A stretch of 64,000 bases of DNA from an uncultured Nitrospiraceae bacterium (lineage in GTDB: Bacteria > Nitrospirota > Thermodesulfovibrionia > Thermodesulfovibrionales > Dissulfurispiraceae), in assembly GCA_947085205.1 (NCBI GenBank), contig CAMTVO010000020.1, positions 21,043 through 85,042 on the forward strand. Reading direction: 5' to 3'. The notes under the pieces were generated by a model. The model saw nothing but the letters and a program-made list of their open reading frames with translations, had not been told where the DNA came from and did no database searches. Shown piece by piece: positions 37,752 to 47,565 of the stretch (position 1 is the first letter of the stretch; each line of letters starts with the position of its first letter). A program made the translations under genes and the position numbers.

Positions 37752-39365
37752 ATGAGAAAATCAATCGGCTTATGCCTTTTATTAGTGATGCTTTTTGGGG
37801 GGTTGTCTTACGCCAAGACCCTTATACTCGAAGGGAGGCTCAACAGCAGGGTTCAGGTGACCCAGCAGATAAACTTCAGTGTCAGCAGTCCCCTCTCAAA
37901 ACTCTCTTTCAGGTTTGCACTCCCGGCAGGCTTTTCAAATAAAACTGTTTCACAGAATATTCACGGATTCAATATCAATTTTGACCCTCAGCCTGTAAAG
38001 ATTGATGATGAGACAGATGCGTTTGGAAACAGGTTTAAGATAGCTGCATGGAACAATCCCTCCAGAGATGTGAGGTTAAATATAACCTTTGAGGTGTCCT
38101 TAAAATCTGAGCTGTCAGCAATGGAAAGCATATCTCCTTATCCTTTAAAGTCAATACCCCAGAACGAAATGATTTATCTTAAGCCCACTGAGATGGTTCA
38201 GAGCAGCAGTCCGGAGATTGTCTCCCTTTCAAGAAAACTTGTAGGCAACGCAAAAACAGAATATGAGGCAGTTACTGCCATACTGAATTATGTTATAGAT
38301 AATGTTAAGTACACCTATAATCCTCCGCAATTCGATGCCCTGTATACGCTGAAAACAAAATCGGGCAACTGCCAGAACTTCGCCCATCTCAACATGGCGC
38401 TTTTACGTGCTGTCGGCATACCGGCCCGTATTGTGGGAGGCATAAGCCTGAAACAGCCGCTGAAGGTGACTGTCGGCAATAACGATTTTCTTGTGCAGAG
38501 TTTAGGACAGGGAGGCCACGCCTGGATGGAGATCTATTTTCCGGATCTGGGATGGCTGTCTTACGATCCCCAGCAGTCAAAGCAGTTTACGTCTTCACGG
38601 CATATCAAACAGACTCACGGTCTCGATTCGGATGATATAAACGACTCATGGAGAGGGGCTCCTTATCTGCCGGAATACAGCGAAACCGTGAATGCCAAAT
38701 TTCTTGACGATGTTATTTCGCTTAAAATGAAATCTTCGGAAAGGTCGCCGAGGGCATATTTTTTGAGTAATAATTTTTTTACAAAGGCCGAAGTAAAGCC
38801 GTATCCGCCTTATGAAAAGCCGAAATTGCCGCCCGGTAAAATTATAGAATTCGGCAATATGGAGTTTCCGAGTCTTGTAAATATATATCAGATAGTGGGA
38901 GATAAAGGCGTGAGGATACTCGATAAGGAGACCGCCGAATATGTAACGTCCAGCTATGTATATGCTCAGGCATTCGAGATAGACGAAAAGCTGAATATCG
39001 ATAAAATTTCCCTTGCGATGAGAAAATTCGGCGGAGACGGCACTGTTTATGTGGACCTCGTATCCGACGAAAACGGCAGGCCGGGGTTTGAAGGGATGCG
39101 ATCCGTGCCTCTATTTCTCGAAAACATCAAAAGGATGCCCGGATATTATTGGGTGGATTTTACTTTTCCGGAGAAAGCAGTTCTTAAAAAGGGCAGATAC
39201 TGGATAGTTCTGAGGCATTCGGGAGAAGCGATAATGAACTGGTTTTATATTCCCGGAAATCCTTACGGCGACAGCGACGACACTCGTTCTACATTAAAAG
39301 GCTACAAGTGGGAAGATATACAGAACTATGACTTTGTTTTCAAGGTAAGAGCAGGTAGATTATAA
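37752..39365 (+). CDS. Exported transglutaminase-like protein, copy 2 (intact)
   Basis: Signal peptide (SYA|K); GNCQNFA / HAWMEIYFP / YDP triad. Confidence 0.88.
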   Translation: MRKSIGLCLLLVMLFGGLSYAKTLILEGRLNSRVQVTQQINFSVSSPLSKLSFRFALPAGFSNKTVSQNIHGFNINFDPQPVKIDDETDAFGNRFKIAAWNNPSRDVRLNITFEVSLKSELSAMESISPYPLKSIPQNEMIYLKPTEMVQSSSPEIVSLSRKLVGNAKTEYEAVTAILNYVIDNVKYTYNPPQFDALYTLKTKSGNCQNFAHLNMALLRAVGIPARIVGGISLKQPLKVTVGNNDFLVQSLGQGGHAWMEIYFPDLGWLSYDPQQSKQFTSSRHIKQTHGLDSDDINDSWRGAPYLPEYSETVNAKFLDDVISLKMKSSERSPRAYFLSNNFFTKAEVKPYPPYEKPKLPPGKIIEFGNMEFPSLVNIYQIVGDKGVRILDKETAEYVTSSYVYAQAFEIDEKLNIDKISLAMRKFGGDGTVYVDLVSDENGRPGFEGMRSVPLFLENIKRMPGYYWVDFTFPEKAVLKKGRYWIVLRHSGEAIMNWFYIPGNPYGDSDDTRSTLKGYKWEDIQNYDFVFKVRAGRL

Positions 39366-39376
39366 AGAGACGACTT

Positions 39377-39763
39377 TTGGGTGCATCCCTTACGCCTCCT
39401 GACTGGCAGGTAACCATGGGGAATCCGAAAAAGATTGTAGATATGTGGAAAAAAGGTTATTTTATTCTCTGCATAACAGAAGATATAGTCCTGGAATATG
39501 TAGAGGTTCTAAACAGATTGAATATTCCGATCAGGAAAATAAAAGAGTTGACAGGTCTTCTTAAAGAAAGAGCAAATGTAGAGTTTCTCGTAAACACTGA
39601 AAAAATGGAGATACTAGAAGACGATCCTCAAGACAATAAGTTTATAGAGTGTGCAGTTGCTGCAAATGCTCGGTATATTATCTCTGGCGATAAGCATTTA
39701 AGGGCATTAAAAAGTTTCGGCAATATCAAAATACTTTCACCTTCCGAATTTTTAGAGTTATGA
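39377..39763 (+). pseudogene. PIN-family toxin lacking its N-terminal D motif
   Basis: DDPQDNKFIECAV and YIISGDKHL are present. The N-terminal VxDTN strand and a partner antitoxin are missing. Confidence 0.65.
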
Positions 39764-39869
39764 AAAAACTTTTATTACTCTCTCCCCTTGCTGCCAAAAG
39801 TTTTCTCGGCGGAGATTTTTATTTCAGCCTCCCCTATCTCCCGTCCCTCAGGGGGAGGGGGAATGACAA

Positions 39870-40150
39870 CTTGGGATGCAACAAAATCGAAAGGTCGGGA
39901 GACGAGGTAACGGCGAGGGCGGGGCTTACAATGTTTGACGGATTCATGAAGGCGATGAAGATTGAAGAGATAATAAGCAAGCATAAAACAGTGAACTGCT
40001 TACTGCTTAAGGTCGCTGAGTCTGATGCAATACGGAGGTGGCAGGCACATAGCCGATTTAAGGGAACTAAGAGAAGAGAAGACAAGACATTACAGAAAGC
40101 ATCAGGGCTGAAAAGCATACCGTCAAATTCCGGAACAGGGGAGTGGTCTA
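39870..40150 (+). mobile_element. Probable IS1380-like transposase remnant
   Basis: KIERSGDEVTARAGLTMFDGFMKAM and GLKSIPS...GEW resemble IS1380-family N-terminal motifs; heavily deleted. Confidence 0.4.
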
Positions 40151-40213
40151 TGTCTATTTTTCGGACTTGTTTTTGTTATTGTAAATTGGTCATTGGTTAT
40201 TTTAATATTCAGA

Positions 40214-41188
40214 ATGATAGGCATTATCCTTTTGAACATGGGAGGGCCGGATTCTCTGCACTCTGTCAAGCCGTTTCTGCGCAATCTCTTTTCTGACAGG
40301 GATATCATAAAGCTCGGACCGTCTTTCCTGCAGAAGCCGATTGCATCGCTTATCATACGCAAAAGATTAAAAAGTGTTATAGAAGCCTACAGCCTAATCG
40401 GCGGCAAGTCGCCGCTCCCTGATATTACGAATGCTCAGGCAAGGGCACTGGAGGAATCGCTCAACAGTTCACGGTTCACGGTTCACGGTTCACAGGTTTT
40501 TAAAGTCTATGCCGGCATGAGATACTGGCATCCATTCATTGAAGAGGCCGTTGACCATGCGATGAGGGACAGCGTAGGCAGGATTCTGGCATTAAGCCTT
40601 TATCCTCATTACTCCATCGCCACTACAGGAACATCTCTGAAAAAATTCGAAGATGTGATAAAAAAATATCATGTGGACCATTTCTGCGTGACCTCGTGGT
40701 TTAATCATCCCATTTACATTAATGCCCTTGTAGAGAAAATTAAAAAGGGTTTTGAAGCATTTCGCTCCGAACTCAAAATTCCTGTCCTTTTCAGCGCTCA
40801 CAGCCTTCCTCAGAAATTTATCGATAAGGGAGACCCTTATGCAAATGAAATAAAAGGCACAATAGAGGCAATAACAAGAAAGATGGATATTGAATGGTAT
40901 CTTTCGTATCAGAGCAAGACAGGGCCTGTAAAATGGCTTGAGCCTACAACAGAGCATATACTCAAGGAGCTTGCAGAAAAAGGCGTGAAAAACCTTCTTG
41001 TTGTGCCCATCAGTTTTGTATCAGACCATATCGAAACACTCTACGAAATAGATATGATTTATAAAGACATGGCTCAGGAGCTTGGGATAAACCTTAAGAG
41101 AATGGAATCGCTGAACACATCTCCTAAATTCATAGAGGCGTTATCGGACATTGCAATGAAAAATGTGAAGGATATGGGATGGATATAA
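40214..41188 (+). CDS. hemH: Ferrochelatase
   Basis: LLNMGGP, GGKSPL, MRYWHP, LYPHYS, FSAHSLP, YQS..GP..WLEP and SFVSDHIETLYEID. Confidence 0.96.
   Translation: MIGIILLNMGGPDSLHSVKPFLRNLFSDRDIIKLGPSFLQKPIASLIIRKRLKSVIEAYSLIGGKSPLPDITNAQARALEESLNSSRFTVHGSQVFKVYAGMRYWHPFIEEAVDHAMRDSVGRILALSLYPHYSIATTGTSLKKFEDVIKKYHVDHFCVTSWFNHPIYINALVEKIKKGFEAFRSELKIPVLFSAHSLPQKFIDKGDPYANEIKGTIEAITRKMDIEWYLSYQSKTGPVKWLEPTTEHILKELAEKGVKNLLVVPISFVSDHIETLYEIDMIYKDMAQELGINLKRMESLNTSPKFIEALSDIAMKNVKDMGWI
40467..40494 (+). repeat. (GTTCACG)x4 heptamer repeat inside hemH
   Basis: Read directly; encodes SSRFTVHGSQ. Confidence 0.85.
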
Positions 41189-41192
41189 TAAA

Positions 41193-42389
41193 ATGCGCAA
41201 ATATGACATTGCAATAATCGGGGCAGGCATCAGCGGACTGAGTCTTGCTCACTACTGCGCCAAAGAAGGTCTCAAGACCTTAGTAATAGAAAAAAGTGAA
41301 AGGGTCGGCGGAACTCTACACTCTTACAGATTTAAGGATGCAGACGGCTTCTGGATCGAGATGGGCGCCCATACCTGCTACAATTCTTATCGCAACTTAA
41401 TAGGAATAATCGAAGACTGCGGAATTCTCGACCGCCTCGTCAGCCGTGAAAAGGTGCCGTTTAAAATGCTTATCGACAGCCGGATAAAATCAATCCCATC
41501 ACAGCTTAATTTTTTGGAACTCATCTTTTCAGCGCCGCGCTTATTTACCCTCAAAAAAGGGGGACAGAGCGTTGCATCGTATTATTCCAGAATTGTAGGC
41601 CGTACAAACTTCGAGCAAGTCCTCGCCCCTGCCATGAATGCTGTAATATCCCAAAAAGCAAATGACTTTCCTGCAGACATGCTCTTCAAAAAGCGTCTCC
41701 GCAGAAAAGATGTAATTAAAAAATTCACTCTGCCCAACGGCGTTCAGACAATAACCGATTCTATTGCATCAGAAAAAAACATTGAGATAGCAACAGGGAA
41801 GAATGTACTTTCCATAGAATCTAAAGGCGGTAATTTCCAGATTACTACACAGTTAAACACATATGAGTCGGACAGTCTGGCCATTGCCACTCCTGCGTCA
41901 GTTGCCTCGCAGCTACTGCATGAATCCTTCCCTGAAGTATCGGAAAAGCTGTCGCATATAAAGGTCGAAGCAGTGGAATCTGTAGGCGCAGCGGTAAAAA
42001 AAGACTTTGTGGTCTCGATACCTCCTGTGGCAGGGATAATTCCTGCTTCAGACAATTTCTATTCCATCGTGTCCAGAGACACGGTCAAACACGATACTTA
42101 TCGCGGTTTTACCTTCCATTTTAAGCCAGGCCTCATGAATCACGAGGCTAAGCTCAAACGGATCGCTGATGTTCTTGGAGTAAAGGAAAGGCAGTTAAAC
42201 CATATAGTAGCAAAGGAGAATTTTATCCCTGCACTCAAAGTCGGCCACGACACATTGGTTCGTGATATTCAGCAATTAATTTCCGGAAGCCGTCTCCTCC
42301 TGACAGGCAATTATTTTGAAGGCATAGCTATAGAAGACTGCATCACGAGATCGCTAAAGGAGCTCCTGCGCTTAAAGGGGCTTCGCTGA
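41193..42389 (+). CDS. FAD-dependent oxidoreductase, HemY-like protoporphyrinogen/coproporphyrinogen oxidase
   Basis: IIGAGISGL, EKSERVGG, EMGAH and GNYFEGIAIEDCI; directly follows hemH. Confidence 0.75.
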   Translation: MRKYDIAIIGAGISGLSLAHYCAKEGLKTLVIEKSERVGGTLHSYRFKDADGFWIEMGAHTCYNSYRNLIGIIEDCGILDRLVSREKVPFKMLIDSRIKSIPSQLNFLELIFSAPRLFTLKKGGQSVASYYSRIVGRTNFEQVLAPAMNAVISQKANDFPADMLFKKRLRRKDVIKKFTLPNGVQTITDSIASEKNIEIATGKNVLSIESKGGNFQITTQLNTYESDSLAIATPASVASQLLHESFPEVSEKLSHIKVEAVESVGAAVKKDFVVSIPPVAGIIPASDNFYSIVSRDTVKHDTYRGFTFHFKPGLMNHEAKLKRIADVLGVKERQLNHIVAKENFIPALKVGHDTLVRDIQQLISGSRLLLTGNYFEGIAIEDCITRSLKELLRLKGLR

Positions 42390-42446
42390 AATCCAACCGC
42401 CATATGTATTTTTATTTTCTGCCTCTCACGGAGGCTAACAATTCCT

Positions 42447-42980
42447 TCAAAGACTGCTCGCCACTATCCTCTCTGTATCTTCAGCAATAAGATGGCAGTC
42501 AACGCGGATGGCGTGGTTTTTCAGACGGCCCTCTATCTGCTTTTTTGCCTTGTGGCAGACCTTTCTCAGAATATCAAACCTTTTACCGTAATAAAAACAG
42601 GGGAACATATCATTCACGTCCGAAGCTTTGAATGGCTGAAGCTCTTGAGAACTCACCCCTGCACTTTTTAATACCGTAAACGCATCTCCTGCAGTCGGTT
42701 TCTTTGTCTGCCACAAAGAGACCTGCAGGAGATTGCTCCAATTAAGGACTAAATGGATTTTTGAGGGGCATGATGACGATTCGGCATTGTACGAATTAAC
42801 GATATTTACAATGGAATCAAAAATATTTTCTGTTTTGTCGGCAGTTACATATACATCATCGCTGTAGTGGAATAATTCTTTGTGAGCCTGCTTTGCCACC
42901 GCACTGTCGCAGATTATGATTTCATGGTTTTCCTTCAGGTTATCTATCGGACACAAAAGCGGCATATGTAATTTTACCAA
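42447..42980 (-). CDS. Hypothetical protein
   Basis: 177-aa ORF co-oriented with the response regulator; no motif recognised. Confidence 0.6.
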   Translation of the reverse strand: MVKLHMPLLCPIDNLKENHEIIICDSAVAKQAHKELFHYSDDVYVTADKTENIFDSIVNIVNSYNAESSSCPSKIHLVLNWSNLLQVSLWQTKKPTAGDAFTVLKSAGVSSQELQPFKASDVNDMFPCFYYGKRFDILRKVCHKAKKQIEGRLKNHAIRVDCHLIAEDTERIVASSL

Positions 42981-43004
42981 TCCATTGCAATCTCAATTCT
43001 GCTC

Positions 43005-43358
43005 TTATTTTCTGCTCTCAATTATCTGTTTTATCGTGGCCTTCAGATTGCTTAGGTCAGAGGACTTGACCATATATGCATCGGAAACCCAGACAGAAAA
43101 ATCATCCCTGTAATCATATGCTGTGAGCATTATTATGGGCATGTTAGGCCTTTTTTCCTTCATCTGCCTTAAGACCTGAATGCCGTCAATGTCGGGCATC
43201 AGAATATCGAGGGTCACAAGGTCTGGGTTTTCGGCTTCAAAAACCTCCAATGCCTCCTTTCCGGAATTTGCTGTAACAACGGCATACCCCTCGTCCTCAA
43301 GCTCTGCCTGATAGAGCTTCAGTATATTCTTTTCATCGTCCACAACAAGTATCTTCAT
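43005..43358 (-). CDS. Single-domain response regulator
   Basis: ILVVDDE, LDILMPDIDG, MLTA and VKS. Confidence 0.93.
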   Translation of the reverse strand: MKILVVDDEKNILKLYQAELEDEGYAVVTANSGKEALEVFEAENPDLVTLDILMPDIDGIQVLRQMKEKRPNMPIIMLTAYDYRDDFSVWVSDAYMVKSSDLSNLKATIKQIIESRK

Positions 43359-43359
43359 G

Positions 43360-46113
43360 CTATTCCTCCAATGGTAGATGTATCTTAAACTTTGTTCCTT
43401 TGCCCCAGATGCTCTCCACTTCTATTTTACCATCATGCTCTTCAACAATCCTCTTTGTTATCGAAAGCCCAAGTCCTGTACCTGTGGGGCGGGTGGTAAA
43501 GAAGGGATCGAAAACACGGTCTATATCTTCTTCTTTGATGCCGCATCCGTTGTCTTCTATTTCTATTACAGCCTCCCTCTTTTCTTCGACATGTCCAAAG
43601 AGATTTGCATCCGAATATGTCTTTGCAACATATGTCCTTATTATTATATCTCCGTTGTCGGCTGCCTGATTGGCATTGGTTACAATATTTAAAAGAGCCT
43701 CTTTTATCCTGTCGTAGTCTATAAATACCTCCACAGGCTGTTCTATCTCTTTCGTAATTATATTGCCCCTGTCATAAACTGCCGGCTCAAGCAGATTAAT
43801 AATATTTCCAACAAGCTCGTTTATATCCACCTTTTTCTTGTCGAGCCTTGCGCTCCTGACAAAACCCAGGGTGTCGTTCAATATGCCTTCGAGGCGCTGC
43901 ACCTCGCTCACTATTATCTTTGCGTGCTCTTTCAAGTCCCCTTCGAGCCTCTTTTCGAGCCTCCTCGCAAAGCCTCCTACCGAAAGGAGCGGATTTCGTA
44001 TTTCGTGCGCTACCTTTGCAGCCATCTCGCCGAGGGCAGCCATGCGTTCAGTAGATGCGACCTTTTCCCTCAAATTTTTCATTTCCGAGACATCTCTGAC
44101 AATGTGAACTGTCCCCATTATCCCTCCTGCCTTATCAAAGATAGGAGAACTCGAAATAAGGAATGTACCTCCCAAATAAGGGTCTTCAAGCTCTTCTATA
44201 AAGGGCCTTTTTGTCATCAATGTCTTATGATGCGGGCATTTTTTCCACGGCTCAGACATCCCATGAAATACCTCATAGCATTTTTTCCCTATAATCTCAT
44301 TAGCAGGCTTTCCGATTTTTTCTAAAACAGCCCTGTTAACCCTTTTTACTGTATAATCACTGCTGTTGAAATATACAAGGTCAGAGATCGACTCAAAGAT
44401 ATTCTCCAACTCCTGTTCTGCCTGCGCCACATGCTCAAAAAGCCTCGCATTTTCTATGGCAGATGCTATCTGGTCTGTAAATCCTTTAAGGAATTCTATG
44501 TCACTCCCTGTGATATGTCTTCTCGAATACAGGTTGTCGACCCATAATATCCCAATCACCCTGTCCCGCGATATTAAAGGGACTACAGCATAGGCTATGG
44601 TCCCGAGTTGCTGAATAAGAACAGTGTCCGAAAAAGGCTCGCTATAGACATCGGTCACATTGAAAGCTATTTTTTCTTTTACAGCCTTTGTGAGTATTGT
44701 ATCTATATCGAGTGGCACCTCTATGCCGCAGCAGAGCCTGTCCATAAAGGAATCCTTTCTTAATGGGCTGCTTTCTATTTCCTCAAGGAGTGCATGGAGC
44801 TTTTTGTGCTCTATGGATAGTTGCGACCATATCTGCCATGCCTCTTCATGGCTAGCAGGACCGACACCCATCGCGCCTTTCAAAATCTCTTTGTCTTCGT
44901 CCAGAAGAAAGAGCATTGCCCTGTTAAAGCCGAGGCCGTCCCCCATTGTTACTGCTGTAAGCACCATCCTGAGAAGCTTATCAAGCTCGAGAGTGCCTCT
45001 CATTGCAGAGCTTATGAAGAAGAGTCTCGAAAGCTCGTTGTTTTTTCTCAGAAGTTCTTTTTCTATCCTCTTTTTCTCTGTTATGTCCCTGGCTATTCCG
45101 CTTATGCCGATTATATTGCCGCTGGAATCCTTGATAGGAGAAAGGGTAAGGCTAACATCGATAAGCCTTCCATCCTTTGTCCTTCGCACGGTCTCTATGT
45201 CCTTTATGGTCTCTCCGCTTTTCACCCGCTCGCTGTAATTTTTTTCCATGTCGATGAGAAAGTCAGGAATAAAGGGAAGAAACCTGTCGATGGCCTCTTC
45301 CTTTGTGTAGCCGTAGATCTTTTCTGCGCCCATATTCCATGATGTGACAATTCCGTTCAGATTAGAAGTCACTATCGCATCTGCCGAGTTCTCTATCAAT
45401 CCTTGAAGGTAGTCTTTCAGCTCTTCTACCCGTTTTTTCGCCTCTATGGCCTCTTTTTCCTGCTCGACGGCATTTTCATATAGGATGGATTTGTCTATTA
45501 CAATGGCAACAATGGATGCAAGCCCTTCAAGGGTAGAAATGTCATCCTCCGTGAATGGAATTATCGAGCCGTGGGGTGATATTTTGTCGAAAAGTCCGAA
45601 TGTTCCTATTATCTGGTTTCCTATCTTTAACGGCGTGCATATGGCTGTCTGGATGTTTATATTCGGGGCAATGATGCCGAACTCTTCGGGGCTTTTCACC
45701 AGTATTGTCTTTCCTTCCTCCGCTGCCTTTCCTGCTATGCCTTCGCCCATGCATACCGTTATTCCTTCGCGTACCTCTTCAGGAAATCCAAAAGAAGCCC
45801 TTATCTTCAGCTTCCCGCCTTCTATGAGACGTATCATGCACCCTGTTGCATTAAAGAGTTTGACTGCATCCTCAGATATCTTCTTCAACAGTTCGTCAAA
45901 ATCGCTTATAGATATAATTGCCTTTGTTAATTCGTATACTACAGTAATCCTGTTGAGCTGCTCCTTTGTGATTTTGTAAAGCTCTATATTCTTGTCGACG
46001 GTCTCTTGAAGCTTTCTGAGCACATCCTTGTCGCTCCCCAAAAAGCTCTCCATCGAGAACTCTTTGCGCTCTTCCTGTACATCCTGAGATACTGCCGTGT
46101 TATTTTCAGTCAT
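43360..46113 (-). CDS. GAF/PAS sensor histidine kinase
   Basis: GAF-PAS-GAF-PAS; H-box AHEIRNPL; NA, DNGCG, FDPFFTT and GTGLGL boxes. Confidence 0.93.
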   Translation of the reverse strand: MTENNTAVSQDVQEERKEFSMESFLGSDKDVLRKLQETVDKNIELYKITKEQLNRITVVYELTKAIISISDFDELLKKISEDAVKLFNATGCMIRLIEGGKLKIRASFGFPEEVREGITVCMGEGIAGKAAEEGKTILVKSPEEFGIIAPNINIQTAICTPLKIGNQIIGTFGLFDKISPHGSIIPFTEDDISTLEGLASIVAIVIDKSILYENAVEQEKEAIEAKKRVEELKDYLQGLIENSADAIVTSNLNGIVTSWNMGAEKIYGYTKEEAIDRFLPFIPDFLIDMEKNYSERVKSGETIKDIETVRRTKDGRLIDVSLTLSPIKDSSGNIIGISGIARDITEKKRIEKELLRKNNELSRLFFISSAMRGTLELDKLLRMVLTAVTMGDGLGFNRAMLFLLDEDKEILKGAMGVGPASHEEAWQIWSQLSIEHKKLHALLEEIESSPLRKDSFMDRLCCGIEVPLDIDTILTKAVKEKIAFNVTDVYSEPFSDTVLIQQLGTIAYAVVPLISRDRVIGILWVDNLYSRRHITGSDIEFLKGFTDQIASAIENARLFEHVAQAEQELENIFESISDLVYFNSSDYTVKRVNRAVLEKIGKPANEIIGKKCYEVFHGMSEPWKKCPHHKTLMTKRPFIEELEDPYLGGTFLISSSPIFDKAGGIMGTVHIVRDVSEMKNLREKVASTERMAALGEMAAKVAHEIRNPLLSVGGFARRLEKRLEGDLKEHAKIIVSEVQRLEGILNDTLGFVRSARLDKKKVDINELVGNIINLLEPAVYDRGNIITKEIEQPVEVFIDYDRIKEALLNIVTNANQAADNGDIIIRTYVAKTYSDANLFGHVEEKREAVIEIEDNGCGIKEEDIDRVFDPFFTTRPTGTGLGLSITKRIVEEHDGKIEVESIWGKGTKFKIHLPLEE

Positions 46114-46119
46114 GCCTCT

Positions 46120-47565
46120 TTACCATACTATTTTGGCGTAAATATCAAGATAAAGCCTTGCTGACTTTTCCCATGAAAAGTCCCTGCTCATTGCACCCTT
46201 TATCATGCCCTGCCAAAATTTTTTGTTATTATAACTAATAAGCGCCCTCCTAATGCAGCGCATAAGCGCAGGCTGCGAATACTCATCAAACAAAAAACCG
46301 GTCTCTCCGTCTTCGATGGTGTCTGCAAGCCCTCCTGTCTTCCTTGCAAGGGGTATCGTGCCGTAGTGCATAGCTATCATCTGACCCAGACCGCACGGCT
46401 CGTATCTCGAAGGCATAAGGAATATATCCGACCCTGCGTATGCAAGATGTGCGGTGGGTTCATCAAAGCCTGAGTAGAAAAAAAACCTGCCGCCGAACCG
46501 GTTCTTCATGGAACTCAATAGAGTCTGGTAATACTCCTCTCCTTTCCCAATTATAACAATATTTGCACCGGTTGCAATTATTTCAGGGATAACATCTGCA
46601 AGCATGTCTATGCCTTTCTGGTCCGAAAGTCTTCCTACAAAGCATAAGACAGGGGTATTCAAATTGCCCTTCAAAAAGCACATTTTCATAAGTTCGGCCT
46701 TGCATTTCGCCTTCCCTGATAATCTTCGCTCATTATATGCATATGGCAGGAATTTGTCGGCAGAAGGACTCCATTCTTCGTAATCTATACCGTTCAATAT
46801 TCCGTATATGCAATCTGCCCTTTTCCTGAGTATGCCGTCCAGCCCGAAACCGGCTCCCGGCGTGAGTATTTCCTTTGCGTATGTATTGCTCACTGTGGTA
46901 ATAATGTCTGCTCCAACAATGCCGGCCTTAAGAAAATTCATATTGCCGTAAAACTCAACACCGTCCATATGAAAAAGCTCCCATCCAAGTCCTGTTATTT
47001 CCATTGCCTGCGGAGGAAATATTCCCTGATAGCCGAGATTGTGTATGGTTATAAGAGACCTTGTTTTCCTGAAAACATGGGAATCCTTATAAAGAGTCTT
47101 TAAATAAAGAGGGATTATTCCTGTCTGCCAGTCATTGCAATGCATTATGTCTGGGTTTATATCCAGCCTCTTGCATATTTCAAGTACGCTCTTAGAGAAA
47201 AATGCAAACCGCTGGTCATTATCGGAATAGTCTCCTTTTGCTGTTCCATAAAGCTCTTCCCTGCCGAAATATTCCTCATTGCCGATGAAAAAGATACGGG
47301 GTAATGGAGTGATAGAGTGATGGAGTAATGGAGTTGAAAATACTTTACACCTTCTCATGGCTTTTCCGAGGGGGATGTCAATTTCTATGCCTGTATCCTG
47401 AATATCTTCTCTGAATTGTTCTGCCGTCTTTTTATAGAGAGGAACGAACAAAAAGGCTTCGATTCCCATCTTCAGGTATTCTTTAAACAGCGTGCCGGTT
47501 ACATCAGCAAGTCCGCCTGTCTTTGAAAAAGGAACAGCCTCAGATGTTACTATGGCAACCTTCAT
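46120..47565 (-). CDS. glgA: Glycogen synthase
   Basis: KTGGLADV, HCNDWQT, TIHNLGYQG and PSRYEPCGL. Confidence 0.96.
   Translation of the reverse strand: MKVAIVTSEAVPFSKTGGLADVTGTLFKEYLKMGIEAFLFVPLYKKTAEQFREDIQDTGIEIDIPLGKAMRRCKVFSTPLLHHSITPLPRIFFIGNEEYFGREELYGTAKGDYSDNDQRFAFFSKSVLEICKRLDINPDIMHCNDWQTGIIPLYLKTLYKDSHVFRKTRSLITIHNLGYQGIFPPQAMEITGLGWELFHMDGVEFYGNMNFLKAGIVGADIITTVSNTYAKEILTPGAGFGLDGILRKRADCIYGILNGIDYEEWSPSADKFLPYAYNERRLSGKAKCKAELMKMCFLKGNLNTPVLCFVGRLSDQKGIDMLADVIPEIIATGANIVIIGKGEEYYQTLLSSMKNRFGGRFFFYSGFDEPTAHLAYAGSDIFLMPSRYEPCGLGQMIAMHYGTIPLARKTGGLADTIEDGETGFLFDEYSQPALMRCIRRALISYNNKKFWQGMIKGAMSRDFSWEKSARLYLDIYAKIVW
47301..47334. repeat. Octamer repeat (GTRATRGA)x4 inside glgA
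   Basis: Read directly; encodes TPLLHHSITP. Confidence 0.75.

Noticed and set aside
1..39365. Gasdermin-type effector next to the caspases
   Set aside because: No ORF I can recognise as a gasdermin, and nearly all neighbours are exported. A remote homologue cannot be excluded without a structure search.
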